Positions 58,001-64,000 of a stretch of 64,000 bases of DNA are shown piece after piece. The stretch comes from Camelus dromedarius (taxonomy: Eukaryota). The position numbers and the translations under genes are program-made. Each line of letters starts with the position of its first letter. Within the stretch, counting starts at the first letter, position 1. The notes below the pieces were generated by a model. The model saw only the letters and a list, made by a program, of their open reading frames with translations. It ran no database searches and was not told the origin of the DNA. The DNA is taken from NCBI RefSeq assembly GCF_036321535.1, contig NC_087449.1, positions 50,034,001 through 50,098,000 of the forward strand, read 5' to 3'.

Positions 58001-58895
58001 GAAGAACAACATGATCATTGCAATAGATGCAGTAAAACCATTTCACAAAATCCAAGATTCACTCGTGATAAATTAGGAATGGAAAGTGAACCTCTATCTT
58101 GATAAAGAGCATTTACAAAATATCTACCATGAGCACCACACTTAATGATGAAAGACTGAAGGCTTTTCCCTTTGAGATAAGGAACAAGGTAAGGACTCAT
58201 TGTCACTATTCCTATTCAATGGTGTAGTGGAGGTTCTAGCCAACGCAACTGAGCAGGAAAAAGAAATGAAAGGCATCCACATTATAAAGAAAGAAGTAAA
58301 TCTGTCATTATTCACAGATGACATGATCATCTATGTTAGACATTCTATGACATCTATTAAAAAAACTAACTGAAAAGTGAATTTTTAAGCAAGATACAAA
58401 GTTAATATACAAAAATCAATTACATTTCTATATACTGGCAATGAAAAATTGGAAATTAAAATTAAAAAATCAGTATCATTTACAACAGCAGAAAAATATA
58501 AGATCATTAGGGATAAATCTGACAAAAGGTGTGCAGAACCTGTACACCGAAAATTATAAAGCATTTCTGAAAGAAATTTAAAACAACCTAGATAGATGGA
58601 AAGATACACTGTGTTCATGGGTTGGAAGACCTATTATTGTTAAGATATTGATTCTCCTTAAGTTGACCTATAGATTCTACATAATTCCAATAATCCCAGT
58701 AGTGTTTTTCAGAAATTGTCAAGTTGATTTTAAAATGTATTTGAAAATGCAGAGTAGTCAAAACAGCATTAAAAAAGATCAAAGTTGGAACACTAACATT
58801 ACACGACTTCAAGACTTAGAATAAAGCTCCAATAATGAAGGCAGCATTGTGTTGTGGTATTGGTATCAAGATAAACAAATACATCAATGGAAGAT
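55060..58895 (+). mobile_element. Old L1 (L1MD/ME-like): 5' end, inverted ORF1 segment (about 55234-55749), then ORF1 end and about 2.5 kb of decayed ORF2; no 3' UTR
   Basis: 5' end tggccaagatggaataatagg; ORF2 text with endonuclease-region aacacttatgcacc, ctcattctatgagcctagcattaccctgat, and ttattcacagatgacatgat (the FADDM-equivalent RT motif). Frames are broken by many stops. Confidence 0.9.
55461..55546 (-). mobile_element. Short, severely 5'-truncated younger L1 3' end nested in the old L1
   Basis: T/CT-rich tail followed by ttatgaagtatagtcagctaaaatgtgtcaatttctggtgtaca. The TSD is taaggatttctct (55448-55460) / taagactttctct (55547-55559), 11/13. Confidence 0.7.
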
Positions 58896-59799
58896 CAGAT
58901 GGAGAGTGTGGGGCGAGTGAGTAAGTGTGTGTGAAATACTTAGAACTGTGCCCAGTACACGGTAAACTCTACTATTCATAGCACTCATATAATTTACTCA
59001 AGTCCCCAACTAGAGTGCCAGCACTGACCTAATGTGCCTTTTGCACTAACTTCAGGACCTAAACAGGACTATCTTCATGATCAGGAGTGGTAGTGTTGCG
59101 ATGCTGGTGAAGAAAAAAAAAAAAAAGAATTTCTATTTAACCTCTGTCCTAAACATAAACTGAGCCTCATACTCACCTCTCCTTCCTCCTGACCTTAAAT
59201 AGGTTAGTAGAAATTCAGGTCTAATCACAGGGAGAATATTATTACCCTGATACCAAAAGACATCACAAGAAAACAAAACTACATATATGTTTATATCATG
59301 CCTAGGTTCTTAACCTGCAGAACCTGAGATAAAAAAAAAAGTGTGTTGTTTTAAGCTGCTAAGTTTTAGGATACAGGAAGTGTGTGCAGAGGCCCAACCT
59401 TGTCTGCTTCCTTCCTGAGGGAGGGAAGAGTTCACTGGGCAAAAAATGCCAGCCCAGGTGCACCAACGAGAAGGCCATCATCATCAATATTCCTCTTCCT
59501 TGCACCCACCTCTTATTCAACCATTGCAAAGCCAAGAGGCCAAGGGGAGATTCATATGCATCTGACATGCGCCGTACTCTCCTGCCCCACTACCCTGGCC
59601 CTCACTGGCTCCTACTCGGGTACCACATCTCTCCCAGCCTGCTCTCGTACTGCCAACTGCTTTTTCTCAGGCATAGCTCTGACCATGCCAGCTCCCCACT
59701 TAGCAACACTCAAGAGCTCTTCACTTCCTCCTGAAGGAAGCCACAAAGCTTAGCAGGTGAGATTGCCCATGACCCACTGATAAAGGTGCAGGAGGATGG

Positions 59800-60020
59800 A
59801 GCGGTGCAGTAAACTCTGGATCCAGGCTGTGGCCACCTAGATCTTGGCTCTGCCACCTACTAGGTTAGTCACCTAACCTCTCTGAACCTCAGTTTCCTCT
59901 TCTATAAAATGAGAATTATAATAGTATCTACATCATAGTGTTGTTGCGGAGATGAATGAGTTAGTGCATGTAAAATATTGAGAAAGGTGCCTGGTATGTG
60001 GTAAGTTCTCAGTAATGTGC
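59800..60020 (+). mobile_element. MIR, near full length
   Basis: ggctctgccacctactagg...acctctctgaacctcagtttcctcttctataaaatgag...gcatgtaaaat...gtgcctgg. Confidence 0.88.
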
Positions 60021-60269
60021 ACATTCTTGTGATCCCTTAGATTGAATGTTTGAGGGGCATTTGTCTGAATAGCACATTTTTCTTGCTGGGATCAGGCCCT
60101 CCTCCCACCTGTGCCTGCCCTACCCTTGACTGACCCACTCAGATGGTTTGCTCTTGCTGTCCCCTCTGCCTGGATGCTGTGTCCCCTAAACTCTTGGTCC
60201 ACCCAAATGCTGCACTTCCCTCAATGCACCAGCACCCACAGGTCTTGGAGGCAGAGCACAGAGGAAGGA

Positions 60270-60485
60270 AATGGACTCTGGAGCTAGAGAGGTGTGGTTT
60301 CATCCCTGCTCCCCCTCTCACTTGCCATTTGATCTTAGACGTGTTATTCCACTGCTCCAAGTCTCAGTTCCTTCATGCTGCACATGCAGACAGTAACACC
60401 CACCCTACAGGCTTCTTAAGAGCATTGACTGTGATAGTTCACGAGAAGGGCTTGGTGCACAGTGGTTGCCTAATCATTGCTGACT
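60270..60485 (+). mobile_element. MIR
   Basis: ggactctggagctagagagg...gtctcagttccttcatgctgc...acagtaacacccaccc. Confidence 0.7.
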
Positions 60486-61796
60486 GACACAATCGATGCT
60501 GGGCTGACATGAGCCAGCCCCACCCCCAGCACTTCACCTCCAGAAGGGCAGGCAAGATCCCTCGGGAAACCTTATCCACCAGTTTGCTCTGGGAAAGAGA
60601 ACTGGAAACATTTCTGATTCTAAAGAGTAAATGTCAGAGGCTTGGAAAGGAATCTAAGGTTCTGAAAATAATCACTGGGTATGGAAAAAAGATGAGGGAG
60701 GGAAAGGAGGGGTTGGGGTGGTGGATCAGGGTAAGAGACGGGATGAAGAGAGAGGGAGGGAGGCAGAGAGGGAGGGGGAGAGAGGGGGGAGGGAGACGCA
60801 GGCTCTGTGGGGACTGCAGGATCCCTCTTCTTCTTGGGATGAAAGACTCAGGCAGCCCCTGAGCATTCTCAGGGGGCAGAGGAACCTGCCCTCCCCTGAG
60901 ACTTGGGCCTGCTGAGCAGAGCCTGGGCAGGGAGACACCTTCAGAGCTCCAGGAACTCTCCATGCTGTGAACCTCCCTGGTCCTCCTTGCATCCTGGCTG
61001 GTCCCAGGGGCCCACCCATGGCAGCTCCTTGAAGTCCTTCCTCAGTACCAGTGTTTCCCACTGTTTCTCCAACCTGGCCCTCGTGACCTGGCTCCCAGGC
61101 CCCTTTCCACCCTGTTCCCTTCTCTGGATCCCCAGTGTCAGTGAGAATTGCCAGTTCCCTGTACAGCCTGGGAGCAGAAGCCCTCCTTACTCTGGGCCTG
61201 GTCCCTCTCCCCTGAAACTGAGGCTGACGCTTGCCTGTCCCTGGGGTCTAGGTCCCTGGTGGGGCAGGGGCCCAGGGCCAACCTTTGTCCCCAGAGGTAT
61301 CAGAAGACACTTGGGCATCAGGAGCCAGTGGAGGACGGCCCAGCTGTACGTCAGCCAGAGGTTCGGATCACAGCTGGGCAGACAGTGGGCTCAGTGGGAA
61401 GGGGCCACACAGAACTGGGAGGGCTGACTGCCCACATCATCCATGCATGTCGGTGATCATGCCTGAAGGATGCTCACCAACCAGAACCAGTGACAGTGAC
61501 CTTGGAGGGGCTGAGGAAGTATAGGGGAAACCCATTTATGGCCCAGAGGCCAAGCATAACGCAGACAGATCTGTGTCATGATGGGGGTGAGAGTGGGTAT
61601 GTATTCTAGAGGCACTGAAGTGAGATGTCTACAGGTCAGAGGCATGTGGGTTTGAGACCTGGCTCTGCCACTAACTGGCTATGGGACTCTGGGTTGGTTA
61701 CTACCTCCCTGAGCCTCGGTTTTCTCCTCTCTACAGTGGGGGTCTTGTTGGGAATTTCTGTTGCTGGGTGACCACCAAGATTAAACATTTATATTT

Positions 61797-61919
61797 GTGT
61801 GCATGTATATGTATGTGTGTATGTGTATGTATATATGTGTGTGTATGTATATATATCAGTGTGTATGTATGTGTATCTGTGTGTATGTTTCTGTGTATAT
61901 ATGTATACATATTTATATA
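61797..61919. repeat. (TG/TA)-rich compound microsatellite running into a gap
   Basis: Directly visible. Confidence 0.95.
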
Positions 61920-62065
61920 NNNNNNNNNNNNNNNNNNNNNNNNNNNNNNNNNNNNNNNNNNNNNNNNNNNNNNNNNNNNNNNNNNNNNNNNNNNNNNNNN
62001 NNNNNNNNNNNNNNNNNNNNNNNNNNNNNNNNNNNNNNNNNNNNNNNNNNNNNNNNNNNNNNNNN
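61920..62065. other. Assembly gap (146 N)
   Basis: Run of N. Confidence 1.
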
Positions 62066-62639
62066 CTTAGAGCTCCCTGGGAAGTATGGTGGACACGGTG
62101 CAGGGCGTGCCCGCTCTCACTTTGCTGAAAGTGCGGCATTACTTACTGCTTCTATGATGACCCCCCTTTGATCCTAACTGACTGGCCCAAAGGTGGACCC
62201 CTCGTCATCTTCACAGCAACATTTCACCTTAGACACACCAAAAGGCCATGTGTCATTTGGACGAATTTTCACCTGTATGCAAAATGACAAGTCATGAGAA
62301 AATCTGTTGGGAGAAGTAGAGAAAGGGTGCATATGACTCCTTGGAGAGAAGAGGAGGAGAGAGATGCTGTCTTGATTCCTTTGGCTTCCCATGCCTGGTA
62401 CCCATGACGTCCAGTGGCATGCTGTTTCCATGATAGGCAGCAGCAAACATTATTAAATACTCCTTCATTGGAGCGGGATCTTGATACCAAAAGGGTCTTA
62501 ACAAGGGTGGTAGCAGTGAGAAGGGAGAGACTAACTTCACCAGAAAGAGTGGGGTGGTAACGTCACAAGAGCTGTGACATTTGAGGGTGGGTTTTGAAGG
62601 GAGACTCACCAACAGCTGCCCATGAATCAGTGTAGATTG

Positions 62640-62790
62640 AGCCCAAGCTATTCTGTCCTTAGAAGGATCCTTGTCACTGGATTTAGGGCCCACCCTGATC
62701 CAGGCTGATCTCATCTCAAGATCCTTATCTTAATTACATCAATGGAGACCTTTATTCTGAGGTACCAAGTAGATATGTCATTCGGGAATC
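62640..62790 (-). mobile_element. MLT1C/D LTR fragment
   Basis: aaggatccttgtcactggatttagggcccaccctgatccaggctgatctcatctcaagatccttatcttaattacatc. Confidence 0.8.
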
Positions 62791-63645
62791 CACTGCCAGG
62801 TTCCTCGCTGCGCTCCAGTTCTGCCTGGCCTTAGGCAAGTCAGTCACTTTCCCTCCCTGGGTCTCAGTTTTTCCCTAGGTCATCTCTAACCCTGCTTACA
62901 TCTAGAATGTTCCAACAGAGTGGAGGTCCCAGGAAATGATTCAGACCAAACTGTCTTTATTCAACAATGATGTTCCTGCTCTGTGCTGGGCACAAGTGCT
63001 GTCCCAGGAGATGGATGAGCTCCAGCCTCAGACCCCAGCCTCTAAGAACAGGGCTGGAGAGAAAGTAAACTTGGGGGGAGGCGACTGCAGCAGACCAGAG
63101 TGGGTGTTCCCTAGGGTTTGGGTCTGCTTCATTCATACCACAACAGGGCCTGGCCCTGAGCAGGGACTGGATCATTCTTTCTTGATATATTTTGCAGCTG
63201 GTAAGAGCTATGAGGAGACATGCCCTGGATATTTGTCTCCAGAGCACAGAAGAGGAGCAGCTGGCTTTGTCTTGGAGGGTCCAGATGGCTTCCCATTGGA
63301 GAGGATGTTCAAGCCAAGGCCTGAAGATTGAGTGACAGTGAACCGGGGGGTAGGTGGTGGGGGTCTAGGGTGCTGCTCCAGGTGCTCAAGGCAGGGGTAA
63401 GAGAGAGCTTTGTCTCCTCTAGGACAGACAAGTAGTACATAAAGGACAGTGTAGGAGGTCACACAACTTGCCTATGTCTTGCAGGTCCTGTACCTCATAA
63501 CAGGTAGAGCCCAGGTGACCCCCTAGAAGTCCGACTCCAGAGCTGTTCTCATGACATCTCTCCACTCTGCCATTTGACACCATTATTGACAGATCACAGT
63601 TACTAGAGTATGTCTTACTATCCCCATTTTAAGATGAAAATGAGA

Positions 63646-64000
63646 TATATTGATTTCCTATTCCTACTGTAACCAATTATCACAAATTTGATAGTTTAAA
63701 ACAGCACAGTTATTTTTACAATTCTGGAAAGTGGAAGTCTGGGATCAGTCTCACAGAGCTAAAGTCAAGGTGTCTGTAGAGCTGGTCCTTTCTGGAAGCT
63801 CTGAGGGGATAATCTGTTTCCTTGCCTTTCCCAGCTTCTAGAGGCTGCCTGCATTCCTTGGCTCATGGCCCCTTCCTTGATCTTCAAAGACTGCGTCAAA
63901 GACTGTTCAGATTTTCTCTGACCTTGACCTCTGCTTATATCGTCATAGGTCCTTCTCTACCCTTATGTCCATTGTCTTCCCTGACTCTGACCCTCCTGTT
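63646..64000 (-). mobile_element. MLT1C/D MaLR LTR, running off the right edge
   Basis: tttcctattcctactgtaaccaattatcacaaatttgatagtttaaaacagcac...ccttgcctttcccagcttctagaggctgcctgcattccttggctcatggcccc. Confidence 0.9.

Noticed and set aside
55750-58895. Functional reverse transcriptase / active L1
   Set aside because: ORF2 is broken into short frames by stops and frameshifts, and ORF1 is partly inverted and deleted.
60903-61427. 174-aa plus-strand ORF
   Set aside because: No recognisable homology or splice structure; composition typical of random GC-rich frames.
1-64000. CRISPR array, operon, phage/defence or other prokaryotic-type system
   Set aside because: There are no regularly spaced repeats or gene-dense tracts; the window is mammalian repeat-rich non-coding DNA.

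Overview
This is 64 kb of mammalian non-coding DNA (gene desert or deep intron). Two tRNA-Ala-derived SINEs of the vic-1 type point to a camelid genome (alpaca, llama or camel), and I saw no Alu, B1/B2, Bov-A/BovB or CHR SINEs. I found no protein-coding gene, functional RNA gene, CRISPR array or prokaryotic-type system. The listed ORFs are explained by repeats, microsatellites, N-gaps or GC-rich chance. The window is dominated by old interspersed repeats: many MIR and L2 fragments, several MLT1 solo LTRs, MER33, MER20, one L3/CR1 and broken L1M elements. There are two assembly gaps. Repeat subfamily names come from remembered consensus sequences, and most boundaries are approximate. Between the repeats lie AT-rich unique islands packed with homeodomain, PBX-HOX, MEIS, TCF/LEF and GATA motifs, plus one strong CTCF site, which suggests an enhancer landscape of a developmental gene outside the window. 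The best second-look items are: (1) an isolated 30-bp TCF plus homeodomain composite present twice 5 kb apart (28/30 identical); (2) a 34-bp near-perfect inverted repeat overlapping a local hairpin, suggesting a template-switch event; (3) patches where ancient repeats are strongly shifted AT to GC, suggesting GC-biased gene conversion; (4) a microhomology-bounded inversion in an L1 ORF1; (5) an unexplained 336-bp TSD-flanked insert in an MLT1J. No new biological system can be demonstrated from the sequence alone.
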